Made by a program: the position numbers and the translations under genes | Shown: positions 14,354 to 27,000 of the stretch, piece after piece | How the letters are laid out: each line of letters opens with the position of its first letter | Position numbering within the stretch: position 1 is the first letter of the stretch | Origin: Azolla caroliniana | Taxonomy: Eukaryota; Plantae; Polypodiophyta | Length of the DNA stretch: 64,000 bases | Assembly: GCA_043228905.1 (NCBI GenBank) | Contig: JBHGNT010000003.1 | Span: 23,312,001-23,376,000, forward strand | Direction of reading: 5' to 3' | The notes under the pieces: model-generated | The model's database searches: none | What the model was told of the DNA's origin: nothing | What the model saw: only the letters and a program-made list of their open reading frames with translations

Positions 14354-14971
14354 TGTTGGGATTTCGGTCCCTCCGGATGGGATGTCCGGAGATGAATGAC
14401 GGCAAGCCCGGTTGCGGTTACGGAACCGGATGATGAAGAGTACCCGGCATGAAGCCGGATGAAGAGTACCCGGCTACGGAGCTGGATGACGAATGTACCC
14501 AGAGAGAGATCCGGATGCGGGGACATATTTGTGAATATGTTTGCCAAGGGCCCTTGAGGCTATATTTGTAAATAGCCCGAAAGTCATATGTGTATAAATA
14601 TGACTTAGGGCAAACAGTTTATGTGTTGTTGCTCATTTTTCTGTTTTTCACTTAGAGGGAGAGAGTGAGAGCAGCCGAGAGAGAGTGTGAGAGAGAGAGA
14701 GACGAAGAGGTCGTTGCCTCTGTGTATTACCGCCGCCTGTGGCGAGGACAGCGAGCTCAAGGTCGTCGCCTTGCAGCTCGCCATTGTACATTCCCGACGC
14801 ATAGTGATAGTTGGAGTTCGAGGACTCCCGTGGTTTTTCCCATTTAGGGTTTTCCACGTAAAACATCCTGTGTACTCTTCTCTCTATTGTCTTCGTGCAT
14901 TTTTTTTTGTATTCCCTGTTTTCTGTGAGTTGATCCTATTCCTCGGTTGTGGCCGAGCACTGTGTTTAACA
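14354..14971 (+). mobile_element. Copia (Tork-like) solo LTR nested in the Phygy-like solo LTR
   Basis: TGTTGG...TTAACA; perfect TSD TGTTC at 14349-14353 and 14972-14976. Confidence 0.85.
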
Positions 14972-15276
14972 TGTTCAATAAAAGGGGAGGTTTGAGATTG
15001 TTTTGAGAATCCACGTTTTGGAGGATGAAGTGCTACCGAACCGAACTCTACAGACCTTGACCCTCCCGATCTTTGTTTCTGTCGTCGTGTTTTGAGACCT
15101 CCGTTGATCCTATTCCTCGGTTGTGGCCGAGCACTGTGTTTAACATGTTCAATAAAAGGGGAGGTTTGAGATTGTTTTGAGAATCCACGTTTTGGAGGAT
15201 GAAGTGCTACCGAACCGAACTCTACAGACCTTGACCCTCCCGATCTTTGTTTCTGTCGTCGTGTTTTGAGACCTCC
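14929..15276. repeat. 174-bp tandem duplication
   Basis: Two apparently identical units 14929-15102 and 15103-15276 with GTT microhomology. Confidence 0.92.
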
Positions 15277-16702
15277 GTTTCGGGTGGTAGCCCGTGTGCA
15301 CATGATCAGAGACTTGTTATTGTGTGTGTGTCTTGGTGTGTGGGCGTGCGAGGAGCTCGAAGCTCTGTTGCCGGCTGCGTCCAATTGTACTCCTTTTCTG
15401 GTTCTTTGGTAATTGTTAGTATTTTGTTGAATCTCTTCTTGTGTTCGGATTTCCGCGTTGTTCCTATTTGTTGCGTGTCCGTCGCGCCCCGAGCTCATGC
15501 TCTTATCCCCATTCTGTTTCTGTTGCGTGTGCGCGTCCGAGGCTGTGAGGCCATGAGCTCATCGTTGTTATCCGACATACGACCCGAAACAATACACATC
15601 TCCGAGCCCGTGCTCTCACCTTTTGGGTTGGATACACGTCCGGAAACTGATCCGGCAAAGCTATCTGGACATCGATCTGGACCATCTTTCTTCTCTCATT
15701 GGCTCCTTGGTCCGAGACCCCGGTGGTTCCGCCTCGTTCCAACACGTACGCGCGGATTTTTGCGATACCGGTTTTTGAAGGTTGATCGAGTCCGATTTGT
15801 ATGCCTCAATCGATCTCTATAGGTCAGTCGACTCTGACTCATATATACTAGTCGGTTGCTCCGAGTCGAGTAATACAGATTCGGCAGTGTCGACTGGCTA
15901 TCTTCTAACAGTCGATTGTGTAGAGTCGAGTAGTCCTGAGTCCATAATAGTGGGAGTCGATTGGGAAAATGACCCCGAATGTTGTTGTTTCCAGTCTTCA
16001 ATCGTCGTGTCTTCCATAAATACTATGTCTTGACTCCTCACCACATTCTTGTCGAGTATATCCCACAACATGTAGCCAAATTCATCTTTAGAGTACCCCC
16101 AAAATATGCATGGTTTTGACTTGCTGTCAAACTTCGACCTTCGATCCTTTTCAACATGCATATACGACATGCACCCGATAATTGTTGATAGGAGACATCT
16201 TTACTTGTCCAAACCCGTTGTGGGAAGTTGTCTTTCAAGGGTACTCAGGGAGCCCTGTTAATCAGATAGACTATTGTCAACATAGCTTCAACCCAATACA
16301 ACTTTGGAAGCTTTCCATGTGAAAGCATGTTGCTCACTCTTTCCATTATTGCTTGATTCATCCTCTCTACAAGACCATTCCGTTTAGGGGTCTTAGGCAC
16401 TATATACTCGAGTTTTATGCCTTGGGTCTTGCAATATTCCTCGAACTGTCCTCTATACTCACCACCATTATCGGTCCGGACAGCCTTCAACTTTCTTCTA
16501 GACTCTCTTTCAGCTCTAGCCTGAAATTCCTTGAAGACCAAGAGCACTTGATCCTTTAAGTTTAGCACGAAATCCCACAACTTTTTGTTGTAGTCATCAA
16601 TGAATGTTACAAAGTACTTGTTGGGATTCAAATGATTCGTGAGGTAAGGCCGACTGTGAAATACACAACGCAGAAAAACAGAAAACAACACAGTACACAG
16701 AA

Positions 16703-19700
16703 TGTTGAGAATCGATTCGTAAAACCACAAGATCAAACAATGTTGAAAAATACACAACACAGGCACACAGGCACACAGTACACAGAGATTTACGTGGAAA
16801 CCCTAAAACAAGAGAAAACCATGGTAGAGCAAAAACTTCACTATATAGTGGATGTACAAGGTAGAGATTACAACACTCTGATTATGAGTGTATCACCCAC
16901 ACATGGTTCTTGGCGTCTGCTGTTACGTACACAGCTATGGCGCCGCTCTCTCTCTCTCTCATCTCTCTTACGCACACTTCTATTATCGTCGCAGTACTGT
17001 GTTTGCCCTAGATGTATATATATATATATACTGATACATCGTGTGGAATATTTATAATTGTAGCCACTTCTACATATCATTACTATTATTATTACTATAA
17101 TAATAATAATAATAATCTGTTTAAATAATCGACTCTCTGTTGTCAACTCTTCGACTGTCGACTGTTGGCTATCGGCTATTTTCGAACAGTCTATTCCTTC
17201 GACTCTTCGACTCTTCGACTACCGGTTACTTTCGAACAATCGGTTTCTCCCACTGGAGGGACATATCCCCAACAAACTCCCCCTTCACTCATGTGGGAGG
17301 GAGTCAGTCAATCCTGTCTTCTGTCGACAGACTCTAAGTTTGTCCATAGGTAGGTTCTTCATGAGCATATCGGATCCATTGTTATCCGTGTGGATATTCA
17401 CAAGTGTAAACTCTCCTTCTTCGACTTTCTCCCGCAACTAGTGATACCTTCTCTGTATGTGCTTGGTCTAGGAGTGATATCAAGCATTCTTTGCTAGATG
17501 TATGGCACTCTGGTTGTCACAGTGAAGCAAGAACTCCCTCTGCTTCATCCCTAGCTCGTTGAGAAAATTTCTCATCCACATTAGCTCTTTGCCGGCCTCT
17601 ACCATTGCCATATACTCTGCCTCTGTAGTTGACAAGGCTACAGACTTCTGTAGTCGTGATTGCCACGACAATGCTCCCCCTCCATAGGTCATCACGTACC
17701 CCGACATGGATCAGCTTGAGTCTACATCTCCCGACATGTCTGAGTCAGTAAAACCTTCCAGCACAGGTTTTCCGACACCATACCCTAGACACACCCCTGA
17801 GGTGCCTTTTAAGTACCTGAGTATCCACTTCACCGCTGCCCAGTGTTCTCTTCCTGGATTACTTGTATATCGACTTACTGCTCCCACAACAAATGCTATG
17901 TCTGGTCTCGTATAGACCATAGCATACATTAGACTGCCAACGACCGAGGCATATGGTACCTTCCTCATCTCGGCCTTCTCCTTCTCCCCTTCCGGGCACT
18001 GCTTCGCATTCAACCTGCAATTTGTCGGCAACACCGAGCCGACCGGCTTTGCGTCCGACATGTTGAACCTTTCTAGGATCTTCGTCACATACTTTAGTTG
18101 TGACAACCATAGCACCTTTTGAGTTCTGTCTCGAACTATGTGCATTCCCAAGATCTGTTTAGCTGGCCCAAGGTCTTTCATGGCAAACAACCTGCCTAGA
18201 GCTTTCTTCAAGCTTCTGATCTTCCTTGTGTCTTGACCGACTATCAACATGTCATCAACATATAACAAGAGAATCAAGACGTCTCCTTCTTCGTACCTTT
18301 TGACGAACACACAGTGATTGGCCTGTGTTTTCTGGAACCAGTGTTCCATCATGAAGGACTCAAACTTCTTGTACCATTGGCATGAAGCTTGTTTCAGACC
18401 GTACAAGCTTTTCTTCAATCGACACACCAGGTTCTCTTTCCCTTTCTCCTCAAAGCCTTCGGGTTGCTGCATGTAGATTTCTTCTTCTAGCTCCCCGTGC
18501 AGGAATGTAGTTTTGACATCCAACTGTTCAATCTCCAAGTCCATATTGGCCGCTATACTCAGAACAGTTCGAATGGATGTCATCTTCACGACTGGTGCAA
18601 ATATTTCGTCGAATTCGACGCCCTTTTTCTGTTGAAAACCCTTCACCACTATGCGGGCTTTATACCTAGGCTCACTATCGGCTTCTCCAGTCTTCACCTT
18701 GTAAACCCACTTATTCCTGAGTGCTCTCTTACCTTTCGGTAGCTCTACTAGGTCGTAGGTGTAATTCTCGTGCAAGGATTCCATCTCATCTTGCATCATG
18801 CTCAGCCATTTCTCTCTGGTGCTCATCAGCAATGGCTTCTTCATAGTAGCCCGGTTCACCTTCATCAGTCAAGAGGATGTATTGACTGGCATGTGTTGTC
18901 AGTGCTTTCCTTTCTCTGAGTGGGTATCTCCTTCCACTCGTTGTTGGCGCTCTTTCGGATGTCTTTGCCAACTCTTCTCTCTGCTCGGGTTCCTGCATGT
19001 CAATCGGCATCTCTAGGTTGGACGACTCCAACTCATACTCTTCAATTGACCTTAGCAGCTCTGCCGACTCTGACTCATAGTCAGTCGGTCTCTCGGAGTC
19101 GACCGACCCGGATCCGGCTGTGCCGATTGGCCGTCTCCAAACAGGGGACCTTGTCGGTTCACTTGACTTTAGATCGACGATAGTCGGGGTTGACTGGGGA
19201 ATCGTATCCGACTTCTGTTGCTTCCAGTCTTCAATTGTCTTATCTTCAAGAAAGACTACGTCCCGACTTCTCACTACCTTCTTGTCGACTAGGTGCCATA
19301 GCTTATAGCCGAACTCATCTTATGAGTATCCCATGAGTATGCATGCTTTCGACTTACTGTCGAGCTTTGACCTATGATCCTTTGGTACATGCATATACCC
19401 CAAACATCCGAACACCCTCAGGTGTTGGTAGGAGACATCCTTCCTTGTCCATCACTCTCTGTGGGAGACCTGTTGATCAGATAAATAGTTGTGTACATCA
19501 CCTCAGCCCAATAGGATTTGAGCAGGTTCGCATGAGAGAGCATGCTCCTTACCCTCTCCATGATTGTTCGATTCATCCTCTCTGCAAGCCCGTTCAACTC
19601 TAGGGTCTTTGGCATTGTGTATTTGATATGAATACCTTGGCACTTGTAGTATTCCTCGAATTTCCCTCTATACTCGCCACTGTTGTCGGTTCGAACAACC

Positions 19701-21607
19701 TTCAACTTCCAACCCGACTCTCGTTCAGTTCTAGCCTGGAACTCGTTGAAAACTGATAATACTTGATCCTTCGACTTCAGTACGAAGGCCCATGTCTTCC
19801 GACTATAGTCGTCGATGAACATGACAGAGTACTGTCCACCTCGATGCGATGGAGCATCTACATAACACACATCCATGTGTACCAGTTCCAGTGCAACTTC
19901 TCTTCTTCTTGGTGGTCTTGTGTGGAATGTTGATCTGTTCTACTTCCCGACTAAGAAGTCGATGCACTTCTCCAGGTGCACTCCCTTGACTTCTGGTAGA
20001 AGCTTTTGGTCGGCTAGCAGGTGCATTCCTTTCTCACTCATGTGGCCTAGCCTCTTATGCCATATCTCTCCTGCCGAGTCGGCTGCCACATTTACTTCCG
20101 ATTTGCACAGTCGGGCATGCATCATATATAATGTGCCTTCTTTCTGTGCTCGGGCCACTATAAGATTTCCTCAATAGAACTTCCACTTGCCATTCCAAAA
20201 ACTACCACTATAGCCTTCATCATCTAACCTTCCAGTTGATATCAGATTCAATATGATATTGGGGACGTGTGGAACATCCTTCAGAGTCAGTCGACACCCT
20301 GTCAACGTCGTCAAGCAGACACTTTCAACTCCGGCTATCTTGCACTCTCCACTATCACCCATTTTCACATAACCGTGATCTTCAGCTATGTAAGTCGAGA
20401 AATACTCTCTCGATGGAGTTATGTGGAATGATGCGTCAGAATTGATCACCCAAGTGCATTCTTCACTTGCAAGATTTGCACTTGTCTGTTCACAGATGAA
20501 CATCAGTTCTTCATTGCTCGTAGCAATGGTAGAAGTGTTCTTCTCATCAGGAATCTTCCTAGGTTCGACATTGTTTCTAACACCCTTGTCTTTTCTCATG
20601 TGTCAGTAGTCCTTATGGAAGTGTCCAGGTTTACCACAATAAAAGCACACTAGCTTACCTCTGGACTTTGATCTGGCTTTGGACTTTTCTCTCCTTGGTG
20701 GACTTCTTTGCCAGTTCCTTCCTCTGTCCGAATGTTGTGTTACATTTGACTCCGATTGGGACAAGACTCCCTTGTCCTTCCTCCTTGCCTCCTCATTTAG
20801 GATGCTTGTCTTTACGGTTTGTAAAGACAAGTTCTCTTCTTGACAAGAGGTGCTGAGACTAACCACCAGGTTCTCCCAGCTGTCCGCTAGTGTGCACATC
20901 AACAGAATGGCCTGCATCACATGATCCAGGGGAAAGTTGGTTGCAACGAGTTGATTCACATACCCCATGAATGTGCCGATGTGTTCGACGATGCTCTCAC
21001 CGTCCCTGTATTTTAGCCGTACGATCTTTCTCTTCGGTGAGGTTTTATTGAGCACGTTCTTCCTCTCATATAGACCCGACAACTTTTGCCACATCTCATG
21101 TGCATTTGTACGCCACATGTTGTAAGAAACTTACATTGACGCATTGTCGGATGGTGGCCACCGCCTTTCTGTTCAGAAGTTTCCAATCCGACTCCAATAC
21201 CACCCTGGGTATATCTGCTCTGTCGACTGGCTCGTACAGGTCTTTGACTATGAGAAGGTCCTCCATCTTTATCTTCCAGTCCGCATAGTTCTGTGAGTTT
21301 AGAACTATCATGCCTGGGAAGTCGCTCACACCTCCTTCCATGCTTGCACCTCAAGCTCTGATACCAGATTGTTGAGAATCGATTCGTAAAACCACAAGAT
21401 CAAACGATGCTGAAAAATACACAACATAGGCACACAACGACACAGTACACCGAGATTTACATGGAAACCCTAAAACGGGAGAAAACCACGGGAGAGCAGA
21501 AACTTCATTATACAGTGGATGTACAAGGCAGAGATTACAACACTCTGATTATGAGTGTATCACCCACACAGGGTTCTTGGCGTCTGTTGTTACGCACACA
21601 ACTATGG

Positions 21608-21663
<56 letters not shown>

Positions 21664-21939
21664 CTTACACACACTTCTATTATCATAGCATTACTATGTT
21701 TGCCCTAGATGTATATATATACTGATACATCGTGTGGACTATTTACAATTATGCCACTGCTACATATCATTACTATTATTATTACTATAATAATAATAAT
21801 AATCTGTTTAAATAATTGACTCTCTGTTGTCGACTCTTCGACTATCGACTATTTCCGAACAGTAGGTTCCTTCGACTCTTCGATTGTCGGCTACTTCCGA
21901 ACAGTCGGTTCCTCCCACTAGAGGGACATATCCCCAACA
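16703..21939 (-). mobile_element. Full-length but mutated Copia element B (Tork/Tnt1-like)
   Basis: LTRs 16703-17274 and 21370-21939; TSD CAGAA; tRNA-iMet PBS; PPT; gag (CFYCGKPGH)-PR-INT-RT-RH broken by stops and frameshifts. Confidence 0.95.
21355..21366 (-). promoter_or_regulatory. Primer-binding site (tRNA-iMet) of element B
   Basis: TGGTATCAGAGC 3 nt after the 5' LTR. Confidence 0.9.
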
Positions 21940-23762
21940 CAGAATACACAGTTTACATGGAAACCCTATTCGGGGGAAACCGCGAGAACAGAGATCCACT
22001 GTACAATGAAGAATACAAAGGAGACTGTATACAACACTCTCTTTGCAAAGAGTGTAGTAGCCTCGTAGAGCTCTTGGCATCTAAGCTCACATAGATATAG
22101 TGCCGCTCTCTCTGTCACGCACTCTCTCTTCTCTCTGTCCACACACAACTACAAAAACACTACACTCTTCTACTCTGTTGTTCTGCGCTCACTCAACTCT
22201 ATGTTTGCCCTAAGTGTGTTTATACTTATACACAATATGGGCTATTTACAAATGTAGACACTTTTACTATCATTCCTAGTCGATTCAGCTAGTCAACTCC
22301 AGTGTCGACTATCTAGTCGGCCCGACTAGTTGGCCTTGTCGTCGACCATCCGGTTAGCTCAACTTGTTAGTCCTGTTTTCGACTTGGGTCAGATCTACAA
22401 CACTATCGACTCTTTCTCAGACGACTCTCCATGACACCGACTATCGGCTCTCGGCCTGACCAGTCGGCTCCTCCATGTCTTCGACTATCGGCTCCTCCCA
22501 TAGGAGGGACATATTCCTAACAAACTCTCCGTTCACTTCTATGGGTGGAGTCGATTAGCCCTATCCTCTATCGACAAACTTTGAGTCTGTCCATTGGTAG
22601 GTTCTTCGTCAGCATGTTAGATCCATTGTGGTCAGTATGGATCTCCATGAGGGTAAACTCTCTCTCTTCCACTTTCTCCCTCAACCAATGATACCTCCTT
22701 TGTTTGTGCTGTGCTTGGTTGGGAGTGGTATGCAACGTTCTTGGCTAGATGTATCGCGCTCTGATTGTCACAACGAAGTAAGAAATCCCTTTGCTTCATT
22801 CCCAACTCACTGAGAAAATTTCTCATCCAAATCAGTTCTTTGTTAGCCTCTACTACTGTCATATACTCTGCCTCTGTGGTCGACAAGGCCACAGATTTTT
22901 GTAGTCATGACTGCCATGACACTGCTCCCCCTGCATAGCTTATCACGTACCCTAATGTGGATCGACTAGATTCTACATCCCCCAATATGTCCGAATTGGT
23001 AAAAACTTCGAGCATAGGTTTTCTGACACCATACCTAAGGCACACCTTCGAGGTGCCTTTCAAGTACTCGAGTATCCATTTGACGACTGCCCAATGTTCT
23101 CGTCCTGGATTACTCATATATCGCCTTACTGCCCCCACAACAAATGCTATGCATGGTCTCGTACAAACCATATCATACATTAGACTGCCGACGGCCAAGG
23201 TATAGGACACTTTCCTCATCTTAACCTTTTCTTTCTCCCCTCTCGGACTTGCAGTTGGTCGGCAACACAGAGCCGACCGGCTTCACCTCTGACATGTTGA
23301 ACTCTCTAGGATCTTTGTCACATCCTTCTCTTGTGACAACCACAATACTTTCTTAGTTCTATCCCTAACTATGTGCATCCCTAGGATTTGCTTGGCCGGT
23401 CCAAGATCTTTCATGGCAAACGACTTGCCTAATGCTTTCTTCAAGCTCACGATCTTCTTCGTGTCTTGTCCGACTATCAACATGTCATCAACATATAGTA
23501 AGAGAATCAAGAAGTCACCTTCATCGTACCTTTTGGCGAACAGACAATGATCAGGTTGTGCTTTCTAGAACCCATGTTCTATCATGAAAGATTCAAACTT
23601 CTTGTACCATTTGCGTGCCAGCTTGTTTTTGTCAGGAACTCTATTAAGGCAGAGAAGGAATTAGTACTAAAAGAAGGATTAGTACTATTGTTGGGGAATA
23701 GTACTAAGACAGAGAAGGATTAGTACTATGAGAGGTGTCGAACTTTGAGAGAAGGAATGAGT

Positions 23763-23812
<50 letters not shown>

Positions 23813-24094
23813 TGATGCGAAAGATATATGTATTATATGAAGGAAGATATACAACAGTAGTTAGAAGGCTTAAGACTGGCGTTGAACCGATTTGGTTCGA
23901 ACTAATGCCTTGCGCCTCCTTTTATAGTGTCTTCAGGAATACTCCTGAAGTTTCTAGAATGTTCCAGAGAAATCTGGAATATACATCAATTTCCCAATAA
24001 AACCTAAGTGAAAATAATATCCTTCAAATTACAATTCATAACCTAATGGTAAAGTCTCGACCCGTGTAACAAAAGGTTATGGGTTCGAGTCTAG

Positions 24095-27000
24095 TTATGA
24101 CACTATCCCCCCTTTAAAACGACGAGTTCCACGAGTCGTTTTGGATTGAGGACCCGGTTTCTCGGGATATCGTCGATGGAAGTCTTCTAGAAGAGCACGA
24201 GCGTTGGTCACATTCTCGATCGGTTCCCAAGTACGCTCGCTGGGACTATATCCTAGCCAATCGACTAGATAGTAGAGCTTGTTGCGAACAATCTTGGAAT
24301 CGAGGATGGCAGCGACCTCATACTCAGGTCCATCTTCGAGCTCGATAGGAGGTGGTGGTTGTATAGTACGTCCTGGGATAGTGCTCTCGTGATAGGGTTC
24401 GAGGAGAGAACTATGAAACACCGGATGTATCCGAAGTTGCGGAGGTAGCTCGAGACGAAAAGCGACATCATTAATCTTCCCGATAATACGGAAAGGACCT
24501 AATCGCCGATAATCCAATTTCTCACATGGGCGAGTAGTCTTGATGTGTCGTCGTAGCAGCCACACCCGATCTCCAATGTTAAAACTGGATGGAAGTCGAT
24601 GACGATCTGCGTAGTCCTTGTGTGATTGTTGAGCTTGCTGGAGTTGAGTAGATAAATCCGCTTGTATCTTGCGTAACCGCTCCAAACGATCCTCCGCGCA
24701 AGGATTTGTGGACACTTCTGGGGTTTCAAGGACACACCACCGGGGATGATATCCCGTATAAGCGTAGAATGGCGTGACTTTAGTCGATGCGTGGATAGCG
24801 TTATTATAGGCAAATTCGGCGAACTGAAGAATATCTGCCCAGTCATTCTGATGATAGTTGAGAAAGCACCGCAGATACTGCTCCAGTGTTTGATTTGTTC
24901 GTTCGGCTTGACCGTCGGTTTGTGGGTGGTAGCCGGAGGAGAGGTTACAAGTGACCTTCAGCATTTTAAAAAGGTGCTTCCAGAATTTTGACACAAACTG
25001 GGGTCCACGATCGCTGATGATATTATCAGGGAGTCCATGATGCCGACATACTTCCCGCATGACAATTTCGGCGGTGTCTTCGCTAGATATTTCTTTAGTA
25101 CATGGTAAGAAATGAGCCATCTTCGTATATCGATCCACCACTGTGAGAATCGCACTGAATCCCTTAGAGACTGGAAGATCTGTAATGAAGTCAAGAGCAA
25201 TGGATTGCCATGGCTTGCTTGGAATTGGTAATGGTTCTAATAAACCATATGGATGATGTCTTGGCATTTTCGCTCTGCAGCATGTATCGCAAGTCCGAAC
25301 AAAATCTTCGACAAATTGTCGCATACGGGGCCACCAGAATGATCGTTGTACTAAATCTAATGTTTTAGTACTACCAAAATGTCCTGCTGTATATGTGTCA
25401 TGGCAATTTTGTACTACTCGAAGGCGGCAAGAACCATTAGGAACATACAAAAGTTCTTTAAAGAAGAGTAATCCATCACAGTATTTGAATTGCCGATAAT
25501 CCGTACCTGGTGATTGTGATTGTGAACATGACGCTCGAGAGGGGTCAATTTGTGCTAGTATAGCTTGGGCGAAAGCGTCAGTCTTCAAGTCCTCACGTAT
25601 AGTATTGGTAATGTCGGAATCCACGGGCATGTCAAAGACCTGTGCTGCTTGCAGTCGTGCTGGACCCAAGATTACTTGCTTCTGGTTATCGAAAGCTGGC
25701 TCACCGGGACGTGGTGTTAGATACGAACGCCGTGATAATGCATCTGCCTTCCCTTGGTGCTTCCCCGGACGATATGTAATTTTGAAGTCGAAGCGTGTGA
25801 GGAAGTGGGCCCACCGAGCTTGACGTCGATTCAGTACACGAGCATCTTGAAAGTAGGCAAGGTTCTTGTGGTCACTGAATACAGTGACCTGATGAGGAGA
25901 TCCCTCCAGGAAATGCCTCCATTGCATAAAAGAATCAACTATTGCTAATAGCTCTTTATCATGAATTTCGTAGTTGATTTCGGCGGCGTCAAACTTACGG
26001 GAGTGGAAAGCCACAGGATGTAGCTTCTCGTCGTTACCCTGTTGTGACAGAATGCTCCCCAATGCGAAATCCGATGCGTCAGCTTCGATAATGAATGGTT
26101 TTTCCGGATCCACATGACCTAAAATTGGAGCTGATGTAAACGCCTTCTTAAGACTCTCGAAAGCCATGTCCGTCTCTTTAGACCAAATGAATGATTGTCC
26201 CTTCCTGGTGAGCTGTGTGAGAGGCAGCACAATTTTTGAGTAATTTTGTATGAACTTCCGGTAAAAATTTGCAAAGCCTAGGAAGCATTGCACATCCCGC
26301 ACCGAATGCGGAGTGTGCCATTCTATCACCGTTTTGACCTTGGCTGGGTCCATAGATATGCCTTCTGAGGAGATGACATAGCCGAGAAATTCCACTTGGT
26401 TGCACCCGAAACTACATTTCTCTAACTTTGCATACAGACCATGTTCTCGAAGTCGTTTTAGTACTAATAGTACATGAGAATCATGTTCTTCTTGGGTCTT
26501 TGAATAAACCAGTAGATCATCCAAATAGATGATCAAAAAATCATCCAAGAGATCTCGAAATATATCATTCGCCATGTGCTGGAAGACTGCCGGCGCATTA
26601 GTGAGTCCGAACGGCATGACCGTATACTCAAAGTGCCCATATCTGGTGCGAAACGCGGTCTTCCATTCATCTCCTGGTCGGATCTGTACGAGGTTATAGG
26701 CTCCTCGTAAGTCGATCTTCGTGAAGAACCTGGCACCGTTGATCCGTTCTAAAAGACTTGAGATAAGGGGAAGAGCATACCTATTTCTTACTGTGACTTT
26801 ATTCAAGCCACGGTAATCTACAACGAGTCGAAGCGAGCCATCTTTTTTCTTGACGAAGAAAATGGGTGCGCCGGCTGGAGATTTCGAATGCCGAATGAAA
26901 CCGTTCTCCAAATTCTCCTCTATATAGGCTCGAAGGACTTCTAGCTCGGTTGGTGACAAATTGTAGATCGGCCCCCATGGCGGCTCTTTTCCCGGTTGTA

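Larger units (their letters stand above)
14072..15767 (+). mobile_element. Phygy-like solo LTR inserted in element A
   Basis: TGTTGTG...TGCGATA; homologous to the reverse complement of 45877-46708; conserved U5 motif; 4-bp TSD CCGA/CCGG. Confidence 0.7.
11640..16618 (-). mobile_element. Copia element A (Tork/Tnt1-like), 3' LTR plus degenerate INT-RT-RH; 5' part lost
   Basis: 3' LTR 11640-12341 (TGTTA...TAACA), PPT GAAGGGGGAG; ORFs with LLYVDD, KKSLYGLKQ, QLDVKTTFLHG, RTDNGGEY. Confidence 0.88.

Noticed and set aside
14884-15822. 204-aa and 191-aa ORFs
   Set aside because: They lie in nested solo LTRs; the internal repeat is just the 174-bp duplication
24030-24102. Functional tRNA gene
   Set aside because: A/B-box-like motifs are present but acceptor and anticodon stems do not pair; reported only as a tRNA-like cassette
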